In this document: positions 1 to 8,146 of the stretch, piece by piece
How the letters are laid out: each line of letters starts with the position of its first letter
Numbering within the stretch: the stretch's first letter is position 1
NCBI GenBank assembly: GCA_028687495.1
Contig: JAQUAA010000002.1
Coordinates: forward strand, 1-32,469
From: Minisyncoccota bacterium
GTDB taxonomy: Bacteria; Patescibacteriota; Minisyncoccia; Minisyncoccales; RBG-13-42-11
Direction: 5' to 3'
Length of the DNA: 32,469 bases
Position numbers and translations under genes: made by a program
The notes under the pieces: generated by a model
Told to the model about the DNA's origin: nothing
The model's input: only the letters and a program-made list of their open reading frames with translations
The model's database searches: none

Positions 1-1502
1 TGGGCCCTTTCCGATTCGAAACGGGCGTCTTCAATCTGTTTTTTGAGATTTTTAATTTTACCGATGACTTCCCTCTCCGTCTGCCACCTCATTTCAATCT
101 CTTTGGCTTTTTCTTTAAGATCAGCCAGCTGCCTGGAGATCACCGCCTGTTTCTTAGCGTTTTTCTTCAGTGCCTGCTTTTCAATTTCCAATTTTTGAAT
201 CTCTTTTTTAAGCTGTTCCAAATCCACGGGTTCGGACTCAATTTCCAACCTTAAAGAACTCATGGCTTCATCCATCAAATCCACTGCTTTGTCAGGCAGG
301 AATCTGTCGGTAATGTATCTTGCCGCCAATTCAGCAGCGGCTACCAAGGCAGAATCCTTGATTTTCACGCCGTGATGAAGCTCGTATTTTTCTTTTATTC
401 CCCTTAAAATGGCAACCGTATCTTCAATCGTCGGTTCTGAAACATAAATCGGCTGGAATCTTCTTTCCAAGGCCGGATCTTTTTCAACGTATTTCTGGTA
501 TTCCTTCAAGGTCGTGGCTCCGATCGCCCTCAATTCTCCCCTGGCCAAAGCTGGCTTCAGCAAGTTGGAAGCGTCGATTGCGCCCTCGGCTGCTCCAGCC
601 CCCACTAAAGTGTGCAGTTCATCGATAAATAAAAGGTATCGGCCGCCGCCGCGGTTAATTTCTTTCAGCAAGGCTTTTACCCTGTCTTCAAACTCGCCGC
701 GATATTTCGTTCCGGCAACCAAAGCTCCCAAATCCAGGGCAATGATTTCCTTGTCTTTCAAGCTTTCCGGAACCTGGCCGGAAACGATTTTCTGAGCCAG
801 CCCCTCGACAACGGCTGTTTTGCCTACTCCTGCCTCGCCTATTAAAACCGGGTTGTTTTTCGTCCTCCGGGATAAAACCTGCATCAACCTTCTGATTTCG
901 TTTTCCCGGCCGATAACCGGATCAAGTTTTCCCTGGATGGCCAGCTGGGTCAGATTTCTGGCGTATCTTTCGATAACCTGATATTTAGATTCTGGTTCAG
1001 GATCGGTGATTCTTTGTCCGCCTCTTATTTGAGCTAAAGTTTTAAGGGCAGTTTCATAATCCAATTTGCCGAATTCCAAAGAAGTGACGCCGCCGCCAGG
1101 CCCCAGGAAATTCGTTTTGTCCAAGATTTCCTTGGCCTTCGTTTCAGTGTCTAATAAAGCTAAGAATAAATGTTCAACCGAAATGTATTCATCGCCCATT
1201 TTTACCGCTTCCTGGCGGGCTCTTTCAAGGACTCTGGCCATATCCTGCGTCAAATACAATTGGCCGAACGCCTGAGGAGCGGCGATTGCCGGAATTCTGT
1301 CCAGACTGATCTTTGTTTTTTTCTTCAGCCCTTCGACATCCGCGCCAAGCCGTGAAAGCAAATTCAAAACCACGCTTTCTTCCTGAGAGATCAAAGCGTA
1401 TAAAAGATGCAAAGCGTCTATCTGCTGTTGGCTCCTTTCCTGGGCAAAATTCTGGGCCGACAATATCGCCTCTTGGGCTTTATGAGTAAAATTGCCGTTC
1501 AT
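1..1502 (-). CDS. clpB: ClpB-type AAA+ disaggregase, N-terminal ~500 aa (3' end runs off the left edge)
   Basis: Absent from the ORF track because it is open at the window edge. Hand translation of the minus strand from ATG 1502-1500 gives [43 protein letters not shown] (Clp N repeat). It continues through [22 protein letters not shown] (Walker A) and [16 protein letters not shown] (Walker B) to a heptad-rich coiled coil ([20 protein letters not shown]) typical of the ClpB middle domain. Plus-strand ORFs 514-795, 1066-1275 and 1170-1355 are shadow ORFs of this gene. Confidence 0.9.
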   Translation of the reverse strand, partial: MNGNFTHKAQEAILSAQNFAQERSQQQIDALHLLYALISQEESVVLNLLSRLGADVEGLKKKTKISLDRIPAIAAPQAFGQLYLTQDMARVLERARQEAVKMGDEYISVEHLFLALLDTETKAKEILDKTNFLGPGGGVTSLEFGKLDYETALKTLAQIRGGQRITDPEPESKYQVIERYARNLTQLAIQGKLDPVIGRENEIRRLMQVLSRRTKNNPVLIGEAGVGKTAVVEGLAQKIVSGQVPESLKDKEIIALDLGALVAGTKYRGEFEDRVKALLKEINRGGGRYLLFIDELHTLVGAGAAEGAIDASNLLKPALARGELRAIGATTLKEYQKYVEKDPALERRFQPIYVSEPTIEDTVAILRGIKEKYELHHGVKIKDSALVAAAELAARYITDRFLPDKAVDLMDEAMSSLRLEIESEPVDLEQLKKEIQKLEIEKQALKKNAKKQAVISRQLADLKEKAKEIEMRWQTEREVIGKIKNLKKQIEDARFESERA

Positions 1503-1521
1503 AATCTTAATTTTAGACAGC

Positions 1522-1557
1522 AAAATAAAAAAATCAAGTCCCGCCGAGGCAGGACTT
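1522..1557 (-). terminator. Rho-independent terminator between the tRNA-like gene and clpB
   Basis: The minus-strand RNA forms AAGUCCUGCC-UC-GGCGGGACUU (1536-1557), 9-10 bp. One pair is G.U on the minus strand and would be A.C on the plus strand. The hairpin is followed by UUGAUUUUUUUAUUUU (1522-1535). Confidence 0.65.
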
Positions 1558-1571
1558 ATTTGTGGTTTGGG

Positions 1572-1644
1572 TGCGGGGAGAGGGGTTCGAACCCTCGGCC
1601 TTCTGGATGTTCGCCAGACGCTCTACCGACTGAGCTACCCCCGT
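1572..1644 (-). tRNA. tRNA-like gene, 73 nt, nominal anticodon AAC (Val?) with non-canonical G33 and an A1xC72 mismatch; isotype not safely assignable by eye
   Basis: Hand fold of the minus strand: ACGGGGG TA GCTC AGTCGGTA GAGC G TCTGG CGAACAT CCAGA AGGCC GAGGG TTCGAAC CCCTC TCCCCGC A. The D arm and T arm are canonical. No CCA is encoded (CCC follows). Confidence 0.75.
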
Positions 1645-1671
1645 CACGCCTGTAATAAAAAGGACTATAAC

Positions 1672-1696
1672 AAAAAACCTGGCGGTACTTAGCCAG
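1672..1696 (-). terminator. Weak hairpin plus U6, candidate terminator of the htrA transcript
   Basis: Minus-strand CUGGC (1692-1696) pairs with GCCAG (1679-1683) across an 8-nt loop. G-UUUUUU follows (1672-1677). The stem is only 5 bp. Confidence 0.45.
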
Positions 1697-1727
1697 ATCA
1701 GTTGTTTTTTTTATTTTAATATATGCA

Positions 1728-1811
1728 TTATTCAACGAACCTAACCTGGCGCCGCTTGGCGACGAGGACTAACGATAGGACTAAGATTAGGTTTAATTGA
1801 ATTTGCTTCAT
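1728..1811 (-). CDS. Candidate 27-aa hydrophobic/basic small ORF (low confidence; may instead be an RNA hairpin or repeat element)
   Basis: Hand translation gives ATG(1811)...TAA(1728): MKQIQLNLILVLSLVLVAKRRQVRFVE. There is no SD. It lies between the htrA stop and the hairpin+U6 at 1672-1696. It overlaps a GC-rich hairpin and the direct repeat AGGACTAA (1765-1772, 1777-1784). Confidence 0.25.
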   Translation of the reverse strand: MKQIQLNLILVLSLVLVAKRRQVRFVE

Positions 1812-1853
1812 ATATTGTTTTTATTACGACGGGACAGCTTCCTTTTTGTTACA

Positions 1854-3152
1854 CTATTCTGTTCTTTCGCCCAAAGTCACCTGGATGAGTTTTTCTTCCT
1901 TATCCCTCAATATTTTCAAAACCACCTTGTCTCCGGCATCGTATTTTTGAATGACTTTAGACAAAGAATTATCAGTGGTGATTTTTTCGCCGTTAAATTC
2001 CAAGATTATATCGTTTTCTTTCAAACCAGCTTTTTCAGCAGCCGAGCCAGAGGCAACGGCTTCTTCTCCGTTTTCGCCCTTGGTGACCCAGGCGCCGTAA
2101 CTGACAGACAAATTATTATCTTGTTGAATTTTTTCCGTAATTAAAACATACCTGACTCCCAAATAAGGGTAAACAATTTTTCCCGTAGCCTTGATCTGTT
2201 CAATGTCTCTTTTGGCCTTATTGATGGGAATGGCAAAACCGATGTTTTGGGCGCCCTGGACTATGGCGGTATTAATGCCGATGACTTCTCCTTTCAGATT
2301 CAAAAGCGGCCCGCCAGAATTTCCCTGGTTAATGGCAGCATCAGTCTGGATAACATCTTCAATGGTTTCCGACAAGCCGCCTCCCGAAGCAGTAATGCTT
2401 CTTCCCAGGCCCGAAACCACCCCCACTGAAACCGTATTCCTGAATTCTCCCAAGGCATTGCCAATGGCAATGACCGTCTGGCCGATTTGCAGGGCGTCCG
2501 AATCCCCCAGTTTTACTACCGGAAAATTCGTCAAACTGAAATTTCCCTGGCTGTTTACCGATTTTTCCTGATTGATTTTAATCACTGCCAAATCCTGAAC
2601 CGGATCGCGGGCCAAAACTTCGGCGGGATAATTTTTTCCGTCATTGGTCAAAACGCTGTATTCCGCCTCGGTGTCCAGAACCACGTGCTTGTTGGTCAAA
2701 ATCATGCCGTCCTCGGAAACGATAAAGCCAGTTCCTCCGCCGACTTCCTGCTTTTCGGTTCCCTGCTGGCGATAGCCGGGAATTTGGAATTCTTGGCCGA
2801 ATTCCGGAAAGGGATTGTAATAGTATTGTTCAATAATGGGAACCTCCTTGGTAATGACGATGCTGACTACTGCCGGAGAAAAAGTTTTTACGGCACTAAT
2901 TATCGCTTCTTCCTGGCTCGTCTGGGGAACGTATTGCGGAGTGGAAGTTGAATTGTTCTCGATCAGTTTTTGTATTTCCGGAAGCTTTATCTTCAATCCA
3001 GATAGAACTCCGCCGGTAAAACCGAAAATCGAGGAAACTAAAACGGTCAGAATGACGATCCAGAAAATCTGATTTTTCCAGAATTTCGGGAAATTAAAAG
3101 AAGATTTTTTGATTTTTGGCCATTCAAATTTTGGCAATTCGTAGAGATCCAT
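1854..3152 (-). CDS. htrA: HtrA/DegP-family periplasmic serine protease with N-terminal membrane anchor and one C-terminal PDZ domain
   Basis: Triad motifs are present: TNKHVV (His), DLAVIKI (Asp), GNSGGPLLN (Ser). The N-terminal hydrophobic segment is IFWIVILTVLVSSIFGF. The C-terminal segment (GAWV...AAEKAGLKENDIILEFNG) is PDZ-like. Confidence 0.9.
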   Translation of the reverse strand: MDLYELPKFEWPKIKKSSFNFPKFWKNQIFWIVILTVLVSSIFGFTGGVLSGLKIKLPEIQKLIENNSTSTPQYVPQTSQEEAIISAVKTFSPAVVSIVITKEVPIIEQYYYNPFPEFGQEFQIPGYRQQGTEKQEVGGGTGFIVSEDGMILTNKHVVLDTEAEYSVLTNDGKNYPAEVLARDPVQDLAVIKINQEKSVNSQGNFSLTNFPVVKLGDSDALQIGQTVIAIGNALGEFRNTVSVGVVSGLGRSITASGGGLSETIEDVIQTDAAINQGNSGGPLLNLKGEVIGINTAIVQGAQNIGFAIPINKAKRDIEQIKATGKIVYPYLGVRYVLITEKIQQDNNLSVSYGAWVTKGENGEEAVASGSAAEKAGLKENDIILEFNGEKITTDNSLSKVIQKYDAGDKVVLKILRDKEEKLIQVTLGERTE

Positions 3153-3173
3153 ATGTTATATTACGCATTATAT

Positions 3174-3887
3174 CTAATTTTTATTGTCTTTTGAATAGTG
3201 GTTGAAACGATAATTTAAGATATCCGACCTGACGGCTCTGCCCGAAAGCATATAAAAAAAACAGAGAATGTATTTTAAAAGGGTTTTGAAATAACCGTCC
3301 TTTTCGAATCTTCTGAGGATTATGTAAATCTTGGTTGATTTTATGATTCCGAATCTGCCGAATTTGGCCGCCTGTCTTACGAAATAGAGGTCTTCCGCCA
3401 ATTTAATATCTTCCTCAAAACCGCCGACTTTATCAAAGAATTTTTTTCTTATCAAAATGCCCATGGCGCCGTTCGGCAAAACATTCTGGGAAAGGTTTAT
3501 CATCCGGTTCCACAATAAATTGAACCCGGTTTTGACGACTTTCCTTTTTGTTTGGGGTATTAATGTATAAGAAGCTACATCGAGTTTTCTTTCCTCGAAC
3601 TCCTTTAATGATTTCTCCAAAAAATTTTCCGGCACTTTCAAATCGGCATCCAAAAAAAGCAGCAGGTCACCTCGGGCCTCTTTGGCTCCCTGATTTCTTC
3701 CTTTCGCCGGCAGTCCGCCAGCTACGATTTTACCGCCGAAATTTTTAGCGATTTGAGTTGTCCTGTCTTTGGAACCGGCATCAGCCACGATTATTTCGTA
3801 ATCGGTAAAATTCTGCTTTTCTATCGATTTTAGCAGTCGGGGAAGATATTTTTCTTCATTTAGAGTTGGAATTATGATGGAAAGCAT
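3174..3887 (-). CDS. Family-2 glycosyltransferase (GT-A fold)
   Basis: The N-terminus is IIIPTLNEEKYLPRLLKSIEKQNFTDYEIIVADAGSKDRT. It carries an LDAD (DxD-type) motif. Its start lies 1 nt after the upstream stop (TAA-T-ATG). Confidence 0.85.
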   Translation of the reverse strand: MLSIIIPTLNEEKYLPRLLKSIEKQNFTDYEIIVADAGSKDRTTQIAKNFGGKIVAGGLPAKGRNQGAKEARGDLLLFLDADLKVPENFLEKSLKEFEERKLDVASYTLIPQTKRKVVKTGFNLLWNRMINLSQNVLPNGAMGILIRKKFFDKVGGFEEDIKLAEDLYFVRQAAKFGRFGIIKSTKIYIILRRFEKDGYFKTLLKYILCFFYMLSGRAVRSDILNYRFNHYSKDNKN

Positions 3888-3888
3888 A

Positions 3889-4881
3889 TTAAAATAGTTT
3901 TTTAGCTTCTTGCCAAATTTCAGGTTTCCCTTCTTTTTCCTTCAACCAATACATCCATTCAGCGCCCCAGAGATAGAATTCTTTCAAGCCGGTTCTTTTG
4001 GCAAATTCAATGTTTTTTTTGAACTGCTCCAAATTCATTGTCTTCTCTTGTTCTTCAAGAGAAGAATGATAAAGCAATGCTGGTCCCCAAGGCTCTGCCT
4101 GAAGTTCCACGCAGATTACTTCCTTATTGAAAATAGTCTTGATAATCTGGGCTTTTCTCGAGTAAAAAGTCGGGGGAAAGGGATAATTTAAATACCTTCC
4201 CAGTTGATGGACCCAAACCTTTCTGTACATCGTCGTCCCCACAATATCGCCCAGCGAGGCGGCCGAAAACCAGAATGAACCTTCCCCGCTATCAGATATT
4301 AGAATTTTTCTGTTTTGTTGGTCAAGTGACTTAACTTTGGCTATCTCTTTTTTCAGAAAATCTTTATCCGTCCAAGGACAATCGCCGAAAGGAAAAAACG
4401 GCTCATTCTCCACCTGCCACATTGAAATTACCTCGGAATCTGCATATCTTGAAACGATTTTTTCGATTAAATTAAGAATTTTTTCTTGCTGCTGTTCCTT
4501 ACCAAGACCTTTTGCCCAGCCGGGAATGTGACATTCCGGCCAACGGGGAGTTTTCATGCCGATGACCAAAAGAATTTCAGCTCCTTTGTCTTGGGCTGTT
4601 TGCATCTGCCAGTCCAAATCTTCGAAATTATAAATCCCCTCTTCTTTCTCGATTAAATCCCAGTAAGTAGCCAGTTTTATGTTCTTTGCTCCCATATCCT
4701 CAATCAAAGCGGAATAAGTTTCCTTCCAATCCAATCCCAAAAGCTCCGTGTGTTTTTGCGAAAAATTGACCCCCCATTTGATTTCTTTTGTCTGGGAAGG
4801 AATTCCCAAGAAAAGATAGCCCGCAAAAATTAGAAATAATGCCAGAAATACAAATAGGATCATTTTTATTTTATTCTTCAT
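3889..4881 (-). CDS. Membrane-anchored GH-A clan (TIM-barrel, GH5/GH42-like) glycoside-hydrolase-fold protein
   Basis: An N-terminal TM segment (MILFVFLALFLIFAGYLFL) is present. WQVENEPF is an NEP acid/base motif. ELQAEPWG is a candidate nucleophile Glu. Family assignment is not possible by eye. Confidence 0.6.
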   Translation of the reverse strand: MKNKIKMILFVFLALFLIFAGYLFLGIPSQTKEIKWGVNFSQKHTELLGLDWKETYSALIEDMGAKNIKLATYWDLIEKEEGIYNFEDLDWQMQTAQDKGAEILLVIGMKTPRWPECHIPGWAKGLGKEQQQEKILNLIEKIVSRYADSEVISMWQVENEPFFPFGDCPWTDKDFLKKEIAKVKSLDQQNRKILISDSGEGSFWFSAASLGDIVGTTMYRKVWVHQLGRYLNYPFPPTFYSRKAQIIKTIFNKEVICVELQAEPWGPALLYHSSLEEQEKTMNLEQFKKNIEFAKRTGLKEFYLWGAEWMYWLKEKEGKPEIWQEAKKLF

Positions 4882-4883
4882 TT

Positions 4884-5792
4884 TTATTTAAAAGCGATTA
4901 AAACCAACCCCAGACCAATTAAGATTATGGCAGAAATCTTTTGAAAAATTATTTCTTTTGAAATCTCTTCTTTTATAATCTGGGGGAACTTTAAAGAAAG
5001 AAAAAGAGAGAAAATAAATAAAAATACGTATTGAATACCGTTCAGAGCATGAATAACGGAAATATAAACCAGGGGAGCCAGAAAAATTGCAAAGTTCTGC
5101 AAGATAGCGGCCCCACCGCCCGCCGCCTGATTGATCAAAAAAACAAAGGTGCTTTTCTTGTCGATTTTTTCTCTTTTTTTGAAAATTTCTTTTCTAATCT
5201 CAGGAAAAATGATGAAAAAAATAAGAGCCATCAAGAACCCGCCGATGCTTCTCCAAATAAAACCATTCCAAAAAGGCTGGTCCAAATAAACGTATTTGGT
5301 CAAAACAAATGCCAGGGACAAGAAAAAAGCGGTGAAGAGAGACAATCCGAAGCTCCTTAAATTTATCATTTTTTCCTTTTGGAGATTGATTAAAATGCTT
5401 CCCAAAACCAAAAGAACAAAAGCGATCATCTCCTGGCATGATAAAACTTCTTTGCCACCGGAAGAAATATATATTAATCCGGCGGTGAACAAAGGAGTTA
5501 GGCCGCCAACAGCCGGCACCACCCTTGAGGCCTCGAAGATCCGCAGTGTTCTGTAAAGCCAAAAGAGACCAAAAATAAAAGATGAGCCGGCCGATAAAGC
5601 CAAAATGATTTGCGATTTTTCCGGTATATAAAAACCGATGAAAGGAGCCAAAACCAAAGCCAAAAGACCCAAAGTCCCCACATAAAAAACGTAAACCTTG
5701 GGATTGGGCAGGGCTTTGGTTAGAAGATATTTATCCACCAAAAAAACAATTGCCAGAATAAAATAAGCTAAGATTGTGATCGTCAGCCACAT
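4884..5792 (-). CDS. Polytopic membrane protein, EamA/DMT-like (about 10 TM segments)
   Basis: The whole 302-aa sequence is made of repeated hydrophobic helices. There are two similar halves, each ending in a basic loop. It overlaps the upstream GT-B gene by 10 nt. Confidence 0.6.
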   Translation of the reverse strand: MWLTITILAYFILAIVFLVDKYLLTKALPNPKVYVFYVGTLGLLALVLAPFIGFYIPEKSQIILALSAGSSFIFGLFWLYRTLRIFEASRVVPAVGGLTPLFTAGLIYISSGGKEVLSCQEMIAFVLLVLGSILINLQKEKMINLRSFGLSLFTAFFLSLAFVLTKYVYLDQPFWNGFIWRSIGGFLMALIFFIIFPEIRKEIFKKREKIDKKSTFVFLINQAAGGGAAILQNFAIFLAPLVYISVIHALNGIQYVFLFIFSLFLSLKFPQIIKEEISKEIIFQKISAIILIGLGLVLIAFK

Positions 5793-7069
5793 TGTTTTTC
5801 CACTATTTCTTTAATTTTCAACGTTCCCAATTTTTCTCCCTCGATGAAACCCTGCAAAGCGGCTTCGGCGAAGCGGCCTGACTCAAGGAAATCAAAAAAC
5901 CATTGGCTGGTATAAAGCGGATTTTCCTGTGTGATTCCAAATCCTGATTTCAGAAGCCATTTTCTGTTGAATTCTTCCTGTGAACCAATAGTCGGGGCTA
6001 TAATGATCGGTAACCCCAAGGCAGCATAAAAAGAAAGTTCCGAAGGTTTTGTCCATAAAACATCTGTCTTTTTCAGCGCCTCATTGAACCTTTCGAAATA
6101 AGTTTTTATGTCTTTTTCGAAAATTATTTCGATATTTTTGTTTTCTCCCAAACTGAGTTTTTTGAGATTTTGATCAAAATATTCTTTTATTTTTTCTTTG
6201 ATACCTGCCACTAAAATAATTCTGATTTTGCCGTCTTTTATTCTTTTTTTTAGGCTTTTGACCATTTTCATTCCAATCTCTTTTTGGGCGCCGGCTCCGC
6301 CGACAGCAAACATCAGTGTCAGGGGGTGATTAGACTCAGAAGGAAGATATCCCAAATGTTTTCTGATAAGGGGTTCGTAAAGACGGATGTATTTCTTTTT
6401 TGGATCGAGATTAACGAGACGGTTTTCCAGGTCCTTTTTCAAAATTTCCATTTTTTCGTCTCCGATAAGATTTTGAGGCAAGGGATAGCCCGTGAAAAAA
6501 ATATTCTCTTCTTTCACTCCGTAAAGTTTCAAGCGGCTCACCACCCATGAAGTCGGGGCGAAATATTTGATTTTGCTTCTTCTGGGATCAAACGGCGCCC
6601 AGGTTCTAGAAACATCGGCATCGCAAACGATACAGAAAATCTCGCCGGGATAATCAAAGTGTTCAGCCATAAAAGCCGAGGTGAAAAAAGTGCTTACCAC
6701 GGGCAAAGGATTCTCTTTTAATTTTTCTATCAAATGCCTCCCCCATCCCTTTTTAATCAAAGAAAACGTCTGTCTCAACTGAAAATTAGGTTCCGATAAA
6801 TCTCTTTTGGGATAAAAACTGAAAATCTTCTGAAACTGGTCGAAAAGAAAAAAACTAAATTCGCCGATCAGGGGAATTCTTTTTAATTTAGAGATTAGTT
6901 CGTAGCCGCGCCTCGTCCTCTCCCAAATCCGTTTATCTTTCTCCGGAATTCCCGAATAGTCATTAATGCAAATTATCTCTCCCGTAGGACTTAAATCTTT
7001 CAAGGGAAAAGCCGTTCTTTGGTGACCGTAACCCATATTAACACTTATTATCCAAGCCCTTTTTTCCAT
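5783..7069 (-). CDS. GT-B glycosyltransferase, MGDG-synthase/UgtP-like (GT28-like)
   Basis: The N-terminal ISVNMGYGHQRTA resembles the ANYGNGH motif of UgtP/MGDG synthases. The central CDADVSRTW...YFAPT...FTGYPLPQN matches the MTDF...HxxW...YxVAT...TGIPI layout. The C-terminal half is GGAGAQKE-type. Confidence 0.65.
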   Translation of the reverse strand: MEKRAWIISVNMGYGHQRTAFPLKDLSPTGEIICINDYSGIPEKDKRIWERTRRGYELISKLKRIPLIGEFSFFLFDQFQKIFSFYPKRDLSEPNFQLRQTFSLIKKGWGRHLIEKLKENPLPVVSTFFTSAFMAEHFDYPGEIFCIVCDADVSRTWAPFDPRRSKIKYFAPTSWVVSRLKLYGVKEENIFFTGYPLPQNLIGDEKMEILKKDLENRLVNLDPKKKYIRLYEPLIRKHLGYLPSESNHPLTLMFAVGGAGAQKEIGMKMVKSLKKRIKDGKIRIILVAGIKEKIKEYFDQNLKKLSLGENKNIEIIFEKDIKTYFERFNEALKKTDVLWTKPSELSFYAALGLPIIIAPTIGSQEEFNRKWLLKSGFGITQENPLYTSQWFFDFLESGRFAEAALQGFIEGEKLGTLKIKEIVEKQCG

Positions 7070-7130
7070 ATCTTTTTATATTTTACCACTAATAGCTTAA
7101 ATTTTTAATTTTTATTCAAGATGAAAGAAA

Positions 7131-7161
7131 GATATAAAAATGCCTCCAGTGAATGAGAGGC
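7131..7161 (-). terminator. Candidate intrinsic terminator after ftsZ
   Basis: Minus-strand GCCUC (7157-7161) pairs with GAGGC (7142-7146) across a 10-nt loop. AUUUUUAUAUC follows. The stem is short. Confidence 0.45.
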
Positions 7162-7200
7162 AAAAAAGGAAGAAAATCTTGGATTTTGACATTAAATAAT

Positions 7201-8130
7201 TTAAAATCCTGTAGCAATAACGGTTACCTTTATTTCCCCTTCTTTCAATTTCTCGTCCTGAACCGCTCCGAAAATTATCTTTGCTTCAGGATTTATTTCC
7301 CTGGTAATTACCTTGGCTACCTCATCGATCTCCGAAAGGGAAATATCTTTTCCGCCGGAAACATTGAACAAAATTCCCTTGGCTCCTTTTATGGAAATAT
7401 CCAGCAAGGGAGAATTTATTGCCGCCAAGGCCGCTTTTTCCGCCCTGCCTTCTCCCTGAGCCTTGCCCACACCAAAAAGAGCGGAACCGGCATTTTGCAT
7501 TATTGTTTTGATGTCGGCGAAATTAACGTTGATGATTCCCGGCAGCATGATTAAATCGGAAATTCCCTGAACCGCCTGCCTCAGCACGTCATCGCACACC
7601 CAAAAAGCATTTATGAGGGGCGTTTTGGGATCCAGAGTGGAAAGAAGCTTGTCGTTGGAAATGGAAATTAAAGTATCAACGTTTTCCTTTAGTCTTCTCT
7701 GCCCGTTTTCGGCCATTCTCATCCTGACCTGGCCCTCAAAAGAAAATGGTTTTGTCACCACGGCTAAGGTCAAAATGCCGAGCGTCTTGGCGACTTCGGC
7801 AATGACCGGCGCCGCTCCCGTTCCCGTGCCGCCACCCAAACCGCAGGTAATGAAAACCATATCCGATCCTTTTAAAATTTCGGAAATCTCCTGGCGGTTT
7901 TCTAAGGCTGATTTTTTCCCGATTTCGGGATTCATCCCAGTACCCAAGCCCTGAGTGATTCTCCTGCCGATTCTCAGTTTCAAATCAGCATTTGTTTTCA
8001 TCAAATCTTGGGCATCGGTGTTTACGGCGACCAGTTCGACTCCCCTTATGTCGCATCTGGCCATTCTGGAAATGGCGTTGGAACCTGAACCGCCGACTCC
8101 GATCACTTTAATTTTTGTCACAGTGTTCAT
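7201..8130 (-). CDS. ftsZ: Cell-division GTPase FtsZ (core domain only, 309 aa)
   Basis: KVIGVGGSGSNAISRM and the tubulin signature GLGGGTGTGAAPVIAE are present, as is NVNFADIKTIM. The protein ends at VTVIATGF, the end of the globular core. Confidence 0.95.
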   Translation of the reverse strand: MNTVTKIKVIGVGGSGSNAISRMARCDIRGVELVAVNTDAQDLMKTNADLKLRIGRRITQGLGTGMNPEIGKKSALENRQEISEILKGSDMVFITCGLGGGTGTGAAPVIAEVAKTLGILTLAVVTKPFSFEGQVRMRMAENGQRRLKENVDTLISISNDKLLSTLDPKTPLINAFWVCDDVLRQAVQGISDLIMLPGIINVNFADIKTIMQNAGSALFGVGKAQGEGRAEKAALAAINSPLLDISIKGAKGILFNVSGGKDISLSEIDEVAKVITREINPEAKIIFGAVQDEKLKEGEIKVTVIATGF

Positions 8131-8146
8131 GTTAAATAAGAATTAT

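Noticed and set aside
514-1355. Plus-strand track ORFs (514-795, 1066-1275, 1170-1355), and many similar ones elsewhere (for example 2191-2571, 7613-7954, 15718-15990, 19777-20032, 27431-27736).
   Set aside because: They lie antisense to, or out of frame within, genes with clear family motifs. Their translations are low-complexity with no recognisable motifs. They are shadow ORFs.
1407-1692. Track ORFs 1407-1655 and 1492-1692 span the clpB start and the tRNA-like gene.
   Set aside because: They run through a tRNA cloverleaf and a terminator, so they are not coding.
7112-7192. A 26-aa hydrophobic ORF (MSKSKIFFLFCLSFTGGIFISFFHLE) starts at a TAATG just after ftsZ.
   Set aside because: It has no SD. 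It contains the terminator-like hairpin at 7142-7161. Its composition is what T-rich spacer DNA yields by chance.
7120-7196. The +1 frame after the ftsZ stop reads VKIQDFLPFLPLIHW..., vaguely like the FtsZ C-terminal peptide (DIPxFLR).
   Set aside because: The motif register does not fit (D-F-L-P-F-L versus D-I-P-x-F-L). It would need a frameshift for which I see no slippery site. The stretch also overlaps the terminator hairpin.
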